Below the pieces are notes generated by a model. The model was given only the letters and a program-made list of their open reading frames with translations, made no database searches and was not told where the DNA came from. Source: a virus (Duplodnaviria; Caudoviricetes). Taken from it: a stretch of DNA of 64,000 nt. Both the position numbers and the translations under genes were made by a program. Below are positions 44,101 through 51,831 of this stretch, piece after piece. The DNA lies in IMG/VR virus record IMGVR_UViG_3300033074_000977, positions 1 through 64,000 of that record, one strand, 5' to 3'. Positions within the stretch are counted from its first letter, which is position 1. Every line of letters begins with the position of its first letter.

Positions 44101-45243
44101 CTCATCATCCTCGGTGATGGTCTTGCCGCCGACCTGGGTGATGTCGCGCGGGGCGTTAAGGCGGATATTCCCGATCCCCGCGGGTGTGCCCACAGTTGGG
44201 TCAATAGTGGTCTGGATGGATTTGCAGACCAACGTATGCGCAGCTGCTAAGGTTGTAGTAGTGTAGCAGCGGAACGCCCCGAGTCCGACGACTGTGTGCC
44301 CAGCCGCAATGGTCGTAGTCGTACTAACCCGAATACAAGGTATGTTGTCAAGTCCGTCGATAACTTCGAGCACGCGTACTGGCTCAACGGCGTTGAGTAA
44401 CAGCATTGAGTTTGGTTGCAAGCCTGCGGTAGCTGCGGTAAGTTGTATCGTACAGAGTCCGGTCGTGCCGGTATCATACTCAATCGCCTCCACGGTAGTA
44501 TCTGAAATCGCAGGCAACACCTGTTCAACCAGTACATACTCAGCTGAATTAGCGAACAATCGCATGTTCGGCTGGATGTCTTTGCCCATCGCAGCTGGTT
44601 GGATTAGGCAGTACCCCGTAGTGCCCGAGTCGTAAAGTATTCGCGTGATGGTAGTGTTGGTTCGGTTAACCAACGACAGCGCGCCCGCTCCGACTGAATT
44701 ATTCCAAGTCGCACCATCCTGGGTTAAGTTGGTGCAGTCAGTAACACTTAACATCTTAGCTGGGTCAGGGTTGAGCAATGTCGGTCCCTGCATTGGCGGC
44801 GCAATACCCCAGTTACGCACAGAGCTATCACTCCCTACCGCGACCATCTTGTTCTCGTCACCTACAAATAACCAGGGATCCGGGGTACGTTCAGGTCTAC
44901 CCACCACTCCGGTTAACGGATGTCCTGAGAATCCGGTAGCGACTGGCGTAACCAGATCGTCACTGGTGAATAAGTTCGTGCCTGCGCCGTAGATAAACGG
45001 ATACTGTGAGTTGTAGTTATCTTGTAGCTGGAAGATCGAATGCACGCCCGCCAGCTCATGGAGTAACTCCAACCCCGGACGAGGCTGTAACCCGCCCCGG
45101 TTGTAGCTGCGGATGTTTTTCACATAGGGGTGCCGGTCGTCAGCGAGCTGGTCGATGGGGTTGGTTAGGTCTAACCCCTTGCCAGCTTTGACCGTCGCAC
45201 GTTGAAATGGTTGGCCGATCCCACGACCGAACTCTCTGCCCAT
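41179..45243 (-). CDS. tail nozzle/DNA stabilisation protein (P22 gp10/T7 gp12-like) with insertions
   Basis: Beta-propeller-like segments (YFVSKDGIY, RVFVFS, YWTN); size and position after the adaptor. Confidence 0.6.
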   Translation of the reverse strand: MGREFGRGIGQPFQRATVKAGKGLDLTNPIDQLADDRHPYVKNIRSYNRGGLQPRPGLELLHELAGVHSIFQLQDNYNSQYPFIYGAGTNLFTSDDLVTPVATGFSGHPLTGVVGRPERTPDPWLFVGDENKMVAVGSDSSVRNWGIAPPMQGPTLLNPDPAKMLSVTDCTNLTQDGATWNNSVGAGALSLVNRTNTTITRILYDSGTTGYCLIQPAAMGKDIQPNMRLFANSAEYVLVEQVLPAISDTTVEAIEYDTGTTGLCTIQLTAATAGLQPNSMLLLNAVEPVRVLEVIDGLDNIPCIRVSTTTTIAAGHTVVGLGAFRCYTTTTLAAAHTLVCKSIQTTIDPTVGTPAGIGNIRLNAPRDITQVGGKTITEDDEISIGLYIQDINRLIEVRLWFDVDPGTILNTYAGTDLSRNYYFYAARAADLQSYADFQLATSLVGATPGRIQKSIYDKFNAGPNTLVRDNETGKLISYDQALADFRALKSGFGDTTKGLFAGNKREILKKFQDRYGVSVNDQNEPLFQIGSGKEQWYQLTVKVKDLQRVGTDRSRTLKNVTAVMASFQLTQLATPATVDCAISSWWIGGGYALDSYSSPTVFSDAYYYRYTGWNDTTGDESLPSPATRVGVLSRRQQNQIQLAKHPDPQVTKLNIYRYGGTLKQWLYVGQVDNPAGATTTFTDNLPDESIANNQLLRFNLYAPFATAGRPARGTCRIVGNKMIWLSGDTFDTTWAPGTEVVINGKTHLLYKQPADTTHIELAASAGAATTTSFYFPSPIRLGKPLSRVFGPYGTGAEALVYFACGDPVNPGYLYWTNENDPNTTTDANYIEVTPPNEPLINGCVYDGRVFVFSSERMWQVTASRDLTGALTYVPQEIANSRGLVAPWALCVDKLIYFVSKDGIYYSEGGQPTSLTTEALYELFPHDGIPGKDINQIPAPDMTQDMYLRLSALSGMLYFDYLIQDRPNELVIDMATLVLTIQRGAWMYDEYADQGVRCRYPAIGANSSDYRMVCATASKVGTLTGVLTQDYGDAFECQWDTMAYNAGEFRAQKHWGDYECNLDATDVGDQLEVAIYSNEFTNLIQTDTITLEIGRNRPRFDLPEDLFAINLGARFTFESAFGGGFVWYTWEPSLLLRPELSNLRVTDWDDCGTPGTKRVLGFVLEADTLGVSRTFEVQGDGEATLGSFTTQQDGQGDPRSFSLEVPGKSRLVRIVPTDADPWRIYNVTWIVTPYPESATVWETAPTDLGSCGWKHVAESYIDLESDSETTLTVTIDGVAYTYPIPSTGGVMARYYLRLDPTKGKIYQFRLANTDGVRVFNSSCVKVADWGRSFEQAYRTVTPFGGPTGMEAGAEI

Positions 45244-46613
45244 TACTTCCTACCTCCCACACTAACCATCCCAGTTTCGTCCAGCTTACCTTCATCCTGC
45301 CACCGAGGTTTAGACTGTTGATCCGTAGTAGCACGTTTCTTGAATAACCATAGATCCGTCACGCGTGCTTGTAACCGTTGGTTGAACTCCATCGCGGCTT
45401 CGAGTAAATCCTTATAAGCACCAATAGTCATGGCGAACTCTGCACCGGAAGTTTTCAACAGCGCTAGGTGGTGCGCGAAGTCCACCAGCAGCTCATGGTA
45501 CTCCCTGGGCAGCTGCACTGTGTCTGCATCATCGACCAGCAACGGCGGCTGCGACTGCACTTCCACTGTCAACGTCAACGGTGTATTCGCCAACTGCGCA
45601 CTGGTTGGTTGCGGCACCACGATCAAATGATTCCAGCTAACCATCCCCACCACCGCAGGCAACCCCGGTGTGTTATGCCAGCGTGGCCGACGCGCCGCCA
45701 CATCTTTCACTCCACCTACCACAATTGGCCGACCATTCAACCAGCAGTTATACACCGATGGATAATTCCGTCCCAGCACTAAGCTATCTTCATACCTGCG
45801 CGCGCAGTATTCAGCCCGGTGTGGATCCCGACACTGCCCATCGAATTCAAACTGATCTTGCAGCATCGAATACTTCAATACCCAATCCAACGATGGTGGG
45901 ATAGGTAGCGGGTCCGCGTCTAGGTCATCCTGCGTAGGTAGCTGTAAGTTGAATATCGCTAGCTTGCCTATATCCTCTGGTGGGGGGTACAGACGCACCG
46001 AGTTAACCGGCTGCGTCAAACTCACATATCCACGTGGTTGACCGTTGGTAAAGTAGGTAGTGTAGTTAACCTGATCCGATTGCGTCTCACGTAGTTCAGT
46101 GTAGTAATGCGTCGCAGGGGTGGGCGTAGGTTCGGCTTTCCATTCCGCATGCCGTAGTTCCAGATTCCGCTCGGGCAACGCTACCACTTCCTGTCCAGCT
46201 AACTCCTGGTAGGTGGTGATCAACCCAGTATCACGTAGCCATTGTTCGTAGTTCGCGCGCAACGCGAACTTCATCCCATCTATCTGCGGGCTAGGGTATT
46301 GATCTAAGAACGTAGCCAGAGTAGCCGGTTCCAGCATTACCTGCTTGGCGCGTGCGATTAAGCTATCTGATAAGGCTGTATAAGCCAGCGGTGATGCAGT
46401 TAGGGTAGGTAGGTCGTAGATGGCTTGACCAGCTACTAACGGTATATCGTAACGTTCAGTCCAGTACCCACTGAACGCCTGCCATGTAGTCAACGATTCA
46501 TTAAGGTAGCCAGTTAGTTCATCCTCCACCCAAAACACCATTCCGGGATCGCCTAACTTTCCAGCTAAACGCTCCCGGAGGGTTTGTAGAGTTACTTCAG
46601 TATACACACTCAT
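45243..46613 (-). CDS. head-tail adaptor protein
   Basis: TLQTLRERL...D....W..DEL..YLNE N-terminal helices; P.EYHELLVDFA..LA C-terminal motif. Confidence 0.65.
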   Translation of the reverse strand: MSVYTEVTLQTLRERLAGKLGDPGMVFWVEDELTGYLNESLTTWQAFSGYWTERYDIPLVAGQAIYDLPTLTASPLAYTALSDSLIARAKQVMLEPATLATFLDQYPSPQIDGMKFALRANYEQWLRDTGLITTYQELAGQEVVALPERNLELRHAEWKAEPTPTPATHYYTELRETQSDQVNYTTYFTNGQPRGYVSLTQPVNSVRLYPPPEDIGKLAIFNLQLPTQDDLDADPLPIPPSLDWVLKYSMLQDQFEFDGQCRDPHRAEYCARRYEDSLVLGRNYPSVYNCWLNGRPIVVGGVKDVAARRPRWHNTPGLPAVVGMVSWNHLIVVPQPTSAQLANTPLTLTVEVQSQPPLLVDDADTVQLPREYHELLVDFAHHLALLKTSGAEFAMTIGAYKDLLEAAMEFNQRLQARVTDLWLFKKRATTDQQSKPRWQDEGKLDETGMVSVGGRK

Positions 46614-46614
46614 G

Positions 46615-46968
46615 TTAAGGCTTCGTCGGTCGATCCAACGCTCGCTGTACCAACCCAGTCAACGTTTGCATATTCTGTCCCAAGCTACCCAGCTTCAATT
46701 CCATAATTGTCTGCAAGCTCGCCACCTCCCGCGCCAGATCAGTCTTCGTCGCCGTATCAACTGCCTTAGCTTTCAGATCCACAATATCCCGCTCCAACTG
46801 GCTCACCTTATTATCCAACCCTTGTAACTTGGACTGTAAGTAAATACGTTGTGCCAACGCACCTACCGTACCCGCCAGTGACAACTTAACCACCTCTTCT
46901 ACACCGTCGCTCCAGGTCATAAGTAAGTGAGGTTCCTTATAATAAGTAAGCTGCGGTTGCCGTTGCAT
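46615..46968 (-). CDS. hypothetical coiled-coil protein (holin-like/lysis-associated?)
   Basis: AGGAGG SD; weakly hydrophobic segment followed by coiled coil. Confidence 0.55.
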   Translation of the reverse strand: MQRQPQLTYYKEPHLLMTWSDGVEEVVKLSLAGTVGALAQRIYLQSKLQGLDNKVSQLERDIVDLKAKAVDTATKTDLAREVASLQTIMELKLGSLGQNMQTLTGLVQRALDRPTKP

Positions 46969-47010
46969 ACTGATCGCCTCCTTCGTGGGGGAGAAGTTAG
47001 CGGGGGATTA

Positions 47011-47514
47011 TTACGTAGCTAAGTAGACTTGGACCGTACCACCGCCAGCAGTGATAGCGGTAATACGGATCCGTACCTTACCGTATCGGCCTGGGATGTT
47101 TACCTGCTGCCATTTGGGGGAAGCTACAGAACCGTCGTCGGTAAAGTCGATGGTGGTTACTTGCGCCCAGCTGGCACCGGAAACCGCGAAGGGTGCGGTT
47201 TCGACGGCGATGGTATAGGCGGATACACCGGTGGAGGAGTATACCGCTACGGTGAGGTTGGGCTGGTTGCTGGCGTCATAAATGTCCGAGGTAACGGTCG
47301 TGCCGAAGTCGGAGGTCGCGCCACTGTTGACCTTCTTCCAGCTTGACCAGATGAGGGGTGGGGTGGCGTTGGTTTGGGCGTGGGCTATGGAAGTAACGCG
47401 CGCGTCCAACTCAGCTATTTTCTTGGGTACCCACGCCTGAAATGCGGCTACTAAACTAATAACCAGCACGCAAATTGCCACAAACTTTGCTACTTTATAT
47501 TTCTCTGGCTGCAT
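47011..47514 (-). CDS. exported/membrane-anchored beta-sandwich protein
   Basis: h-region FVAICVLVISLVAAF; later AHA-QT; beta-rich body. Confidence 0.6.
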   Translation of the reverse strand: MQPEKYKVAKFVAICVLVISLVAAFQAWVPKKIAELDARVTSIAHAQTNATPPLIWSSWKKVNSGATSDFGTTVTSDIYDASNQPNLTVAVYSSTGVSAYTIAVETAPFAVSGASWAQVTTIDFTDDGSVASPKWQQVNIPGRYGKVRIRITAITAGGGTVQVYLAT

Positions 47515-48050
47515 TACTGCTTACCTCCTTGGAGTTCCGGTTCCGCAAACGACCACTTGCCATCCTTATCCTGACTCGCTTCGCAAGTAGCACACTTGAA
47601 CTCTTTGCGCTGTGCCAGGATCCATTCGTTGATCTGCTTCATCGACGTAGCGAATTGACTATACAGTTTGCTCTGCCGATCAAACACCGCTGCACGGATG
47701 GTTTCATCCTGTGACTCGTAGATCTTGGGATCCGAGATATAGTTGAGCAACGCACGCTCGGAGAGGTTACGCTGATCTACTAACTGGGAGATCTTGGTAG
47801 CCAGGGCTTCGGGGAGGGGGTAGGATTTGCGGGCCGGAGCCAACGCTGAAACCGTGGGAGTAGGTAATGGGATGGTGGACGACACACTGTTATTTGACGG
47901 GCCGCTAACTACTGGTTTGTTATCCTGGGTCGCTGCGCCCACCCCCACTGGCTCACCCTTCGCCCACACGAACGCAATCACAGCCATTACGATGATCCCC
48001 AGGATCAACATTCCAATTTCTCGACGGGTTTGTTTATTTGACGTAGACAT
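47514..48050 (-). CDS. membrane-anchored protein (possible spanin-like)
   Basis: N-terminal TM, Pro/Ser linker, helical domain; directly after the endolysin. Confidence 0.5.
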   Translation of the reverse strand: MSTSNKQTRREIGMLILGIIVMAVIAFVWAKGEPVGVGAATQDNKPVVSGPSNNSVSSTIPLPTPTVSALAPARKSYPLPEALATKISQLVDQRNLSERALLNYISDPKIYESQDETIRAAVFDRQSKLYSQFATSMKQINEWILAQRKEFKCATCEASQDKDGKWSFAEPELQGGKQ

Positions 48051-48066
48051 TTCTATTCGACCTTCC

Positions 48067-48669
48067 TTATGTACTTGTTGTTGCAGTTAGCGGCGTCAGG
48101 GTAGGCGTCTGCTGGATACCGCTATCCAATCCCAACGCCGCCTTAGCCTTCTTAGTTCGTTCAATTCTATCACCGAGGCCATTACTTCCGCCATTGATTT
48201 TACGCGTAAGCCCAACAATATCATCAGCATCGGCAAATTTATTACAGTTGTTATCCTGCCAGAACAACCCCGCAGCTCTAAATCCATGCTCTGGAGTACT
48301 TAGCAGTTCCGGGTGGGCTACGCAGTCGATCTGTAATGCCTTGGCTACACGGGTATAGTTAGCCCGACCGGTGGTTTGAATCGGCCCACGCCCCATATAC
48401 CGCTTGCCATCCCCAGCCACCACGTTCCCCAGATCCAACCTGCCTTCATAGCGTAGCTGTGCCTTGGTTGGCCCCCATAGCTCTACCCAGTATTTCAGAT
48501 CCATACTCTCGTGCGCGAGCTGCCCGAGAAAATGAGCCGCGCGGAGGGGTGTGTTAATCCCAAACTCCTCCAGCGCGGCGTTCAACGGATCCAGGTATTG
48601 CTTAGCACGGGGTCGATCCAACCCCCGCATTGAACGGTAAAGTTGTTCTTCGGTTAGTTGGAAGGACAT
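48067..48669 (-). CDS. glycoside hydrolase family 19 endolysin
   Basis: R.AHFLGQLAHES; Y.GRG.IQ.TGR.NY; A..FW; TRKINGG.NG..DR. Confidence 0.9.
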   Translation of the reverse strand: MSFQLTEEQLYRSMRGLDRPRAKQYLDPLNAALEEFGINTPLRAAHFLGQLAHESMDLKYWVELWGPTKAQLRYEGRLDLGNVVAGDGKRYMGRGPIQTTGRANYTRVAKALQIDCVAHPELLSTPEHGFRAAGLFWQDNNCNKFADADDIVGLTRKINGGSNGLGDRIERTKKAKAALGLDSGIQQTPTLTPLTATTST

Positions 48670-48796
48670 AGTTAGTTAAGCTCCTTTGATACGTTAATTA
48701 CGTCACCACAGTAATCGTCTGTGCTTCTTCAGCCAACGGCATACAGATCCATTTCGTGCCGTCACAAACGATATGCCAGATGTTACTATCTGTGTG

Positions 48797-49810
48797 CTAA
48801 TTCTGTGTGGCAAAACAGCGCCACACACCATTGAGCCGGACAGCAAGTGCCCCATTGCCACCTGACGTGCAGGTATTGTCTGCTCCGCTTGTTACCTGAC
48901 AATCGGTGCAGATCGCAAACGTGTTTGCGGCTGTGCCTAAATTGGCAAAGGCTACACCGTTGTCATTGCCTAGAACTCCGGTTGCCCTCACGCTAAACCG
49001 TATATCACCCGATGCTGTGCCGCCGCGCACAGACAGCAGCTTGCGATTTACGATTGAACTTAACGTTCCATTATTGGGGTCGCTTGCACTGTCTGTGCGA
49101 AACGCGGCAAGATCAAGCAGTCCGAAAGTTGATGAGTCGCTAGCGTCACTAGCGGCGCTTGTCATTGCACGAAATTGAAACCCTGACTTATCCGCATCCA
49201 CCTGATAACCAGCAGCCATCGCTACTAACGCGGCATCGGTGCTAGTGGCATTGCCTAAATACAGGGCGTTATTTCCTGCGTCGCTAACTGTGCCTTTGAG
49301 AATTTGCTCGCGTATGCCCGACCCGGAGCTAATTGTGACTAATACCGAGCCGGTGCCTTTTGGTGCAAGAATTAAATTTTCATTGCTCCCGCTGCTTGTG
49401 ACTCCAAGGGTTATACCACTCCCCGCCGCCGCCCCCGTCACCTTCACCCCAGTAGCTTCACTTGCTACCGAGCAATCCACGGCAAACGTTGGATTCGTGC
49501 TCCCATTCGGCCCCACCGCCATACAAGGGTTACTGGTACTCGTAACGATAACCGGTGTGCTGAATGAGCTGCTACCCGAGAACGTTACAGTCACCGTCTG
49601 CCCAGCCCTCGTCAAACTCCCATTCGGAAACACCAACGTCTGCGTCCCAGGCACATTTGGAGATCCATCTACCTCTTTAACACGCACGCCACTACCTGCT
49701 GGGTAGTTTCCTCCCCCTGATTGTTGGGCATAACTGGATAGCGGTAAAAGTACTGCAATCATAAATAGATTGAGTACTGCGGTAATTAAGTGTCTGTACA
49801 TAAAAATCAT
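48797..49810 (-). CDS. tail-fibre-like protein with N-terminal signal peptide
   Basis: ATG 49810 after GAGGAG; LITAVLNLFMIAVLLPLSSYA-QQ; Gly/Ser/Thr beta-rich fibre segments. Confidence 0.6.
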   Translation of the reverse strand: MIFMYRHLITAVLNLFMIAVLLPLSSYAQQSGGGNYPAGSGVRVKEVDGSPNVPGTQTLVFPNGSLTRAGQTVTVTFSGSSSFSTPVIVTSTSNPCMAVGPNGSTNPTFAVDCSVASEATGVKVTGAAAGSGITLGVTSSGSNENLILAPKGTGSVLVTISSGSGIREQILKGTVSDAGNNALYLGNATSTDAALVAMAAGYQVDADKSGFQFRAMTSAASDASDSSTFGLLDLAAFRTDSASDPNNGTLSSIVNRKLLSVRGGTASGDIRFSVRATGVLGNDNGVAFANLGTAANTFAICTDCQVTSGADNTCTSGGNGALAVRLNGVWRCFATQN

Positions 49811-49824
49811 GAGCTGACTCCTCA

Positions 49825-51828
49825 TTAGTTTTGAATTACAGTGGCTCGTACTGTCGCAGCCGCAGGATTTGAGCCATCAGCACTGATGACGCAACGCCGC
49901 ACGCTGACGGTATTTGGAGCCGAGCGCCATGCAGTGAAGGTGGCAGTCGAGTTATGGCTTTGCAGCGCATTGGGTACACCAAGTAAAATCGTGTCGCCAT
50001 CTGCCGCGCTAGTTACGGTGAGAGTAAGCGTTTCGCAAGTGTTTGCGCTTGCCTGGGCATAATCAAGCGAGCCTGTGCCAGACAGGATCGTTGATACATC
50101 CGCCCCCGATGACCCAAGCTTCAGCTTGCCACCTGAAAAGGTTACGCGGTTGTTGGCAAGGTCGGGAATAAACCCCACCTCTGCGTAGTTCGTGCCCGCT
50201 GCCCCACCGTTCCAAAGCAGTGTCTGACCACCAATCGCAAATGGCGAGGTGTATGTTCCCGGTGCCGGGCCACCGTTCTGAGTCGTTACAGCATATGCCC
50301 CTATGCCACCCCCACTGTTTGGTCCACCATTACGATAGTAAACGTTACCATTTATTGTGAGACGCGAATTGGCGACATTTATTCCAGCGCCTTTCAGCCA
50401 GTCTGCCCTAGTAAAGTAATTTCTCTGAAAGCTCTGACTAAATACCGTGCCAATTCCATTGTCTATCTCGACCCGTCCAAAACCGAATTGGTTTAGCCGG
50501 AAGTCGGCCATCCCCGACACGTATACTTCGTTGTAGTCATACTGCATCCACGTCACGGTGCCATCCGTAACGATGGCACCAATCCGGTAGGTCGCGCCTG
50601 AAACTGTTGTCCCTGCCGCTGCTCCCAATGTCCACTGGCTGTCGTTGGTGTAGGTCGCCATGGTAGTATAGAGGTTCGCCCCTGCCACCCCGGCCCCATT
50701 GACCACGATGCCGTAATTTAGATAACTGCTATACAAGCTCCCGCAACCCGCACAGGTAAAAGTAGTACCTGATGCGGTTATTGCACCGTTAGCCTCGTAA
50801 GCTACATTTGTAGCTGGCCACGACGGTTCACTAGCCGCCGAAGTACCCGAACCGATACAGATGTAGTATTTCCCATTGCCATTGCCCGAGGTTTTCCCTT
50901 TGACAAGTGTGCCTAGCGAATAGGCGGTTGATTGTGCCCACTCATTTATACCTCCAGCAATGATGTTGTTATTCACCACGTCTACCGTGTGGTAGGCCGA
51001 TACATACAGAAACGCTGCCGACTCGCTCCGACAATCTCGAATAGAAGAATGGTCGTTAGCCGACTCCTGAATCCGAATATCCCAGCCGCCCGCCTCTAAG
51101 GCAGCCCGCACGCCGCCATTGGCATTCTGGAACCCGACCGAGTAGACGTTCACCGAACCATAAGCGACATCTATCCCGTATTTACAGCTTTGGAAATTGC
51201 CTCCAACGAAGGTGTTTTGTAAGGCGTTGGCTCCGCCAGAATAGAAGCCTGCGGACAGTGCGGACTGAAAGTGACAGTTGATAAAGAGATTCTCCGACCC
51301 TTGTGCCTGTCCACCCCCCGTGCGCGTTACGGCAAAGGCATGTGTGGCCCTGCTTGCCGCATCAAAATAACAATCTCGAAACGTATTTCCCTGTGTGCCG
51401 ACATGATTGGAGCCGTCATAGTCTCCGTCTAATTCAACACATGCCCCGGTACGATTATCAAGCACCAGAAAATAAATGCCTTCAAAGGTGCAATACTGCG
51501 CGCCGTTGGTTTGTAGGGCAGGACTGCCGCCAAAGCCAGCCAATACCGAATTGTAGCGGCCCGACCCTTTCAGCTTCACTCCATAACCCAGCGTAAGAAC
51601 TGCATTGGCTTTGCAGGTGCGTGGCGGGAAAAGGACTTCCCCGCCACCCGCCGCGACTGCCGCTGCAATGGCTTTATTGACGGCTGTGGTGTCGTTCGTG
51701 GAGCCATCGCACTTGGCACCGTACTTAACAACATCATAGGTCTTGTAGGTGGACTGCGCGCCCGTGTCACCTGTATAGACGAGGGTCACTAGCAGCATGA
51801 TCCCGATTAAGATAATAAATTGCTTCAT
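49825..51828 (-). CDS. tailspike/depolymerase (pectate lyase 3-type beta-helix) with N-terminal signal peptide
   Basis: YDVVKYGAKCDG..NDT.A...AI.AA...GG..V.FP motif, beta-helix repeats; MKQFIILIGIMLLVTLVYTGDTGA-QS. Confidence 0.75.
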   Translation of the reverse strand: MKQFIILIGIMLLVTLVYTGDTGAQSTYKTYDVVKYGAKCDGSTNDTTAVNKAIAAAVAAGGGEVLFPPRTCKANAVLTLGYGVKLKGSGRYNSVLAGFGGSPALQTNGAQYCTFEGIYFLVLDNRTGACVELDGDYDGSNHVGTQGNTFRDCYFDAASRATHAFAVTRTGGGQAQGSENLFINCHFQSALSAGFYSGGANALQNTFVGGNFQSCKYGIDVAYGSVNVYSVGFQNANGGVRAALEAGGWDIRIQESANDHSSIRDCRSESAAFLYVSAYHTVDVVNNNIIAGGINEWAQSTAYSLGTLVKGKTSGNGNGKYYICIGSGTSAASEPSWPATNVAYEANGAITASGTTFTCAGCGSLYSSYLNYGIVVNGAGVAGANLYTTMATYTNDSQWTLGAAAGTTVSGATYRIGAIVTDGTVTWMQYDYNEVYVSGMADFRLNQFGFGRVEIDNGIGTVFSQSFQRNYFTRADWLKGAGINVANSRLTINGNVYYRNGGPNSGGGIGAYAVTTQNGGPAPGTYTSPFAIGGQTLLWNGGAAGTNYAEVGFIPDLANNRVTFSGGKLKLGSSGADVSTILSGTGSLDYAQASANTCETLTLTVTSAADGDTILLGVPNALQSHNSTATFTAWRSAPNTVSVRRCVISADGSNPAAATVRATVIQN

Positions 51829-51831
51829 AGA

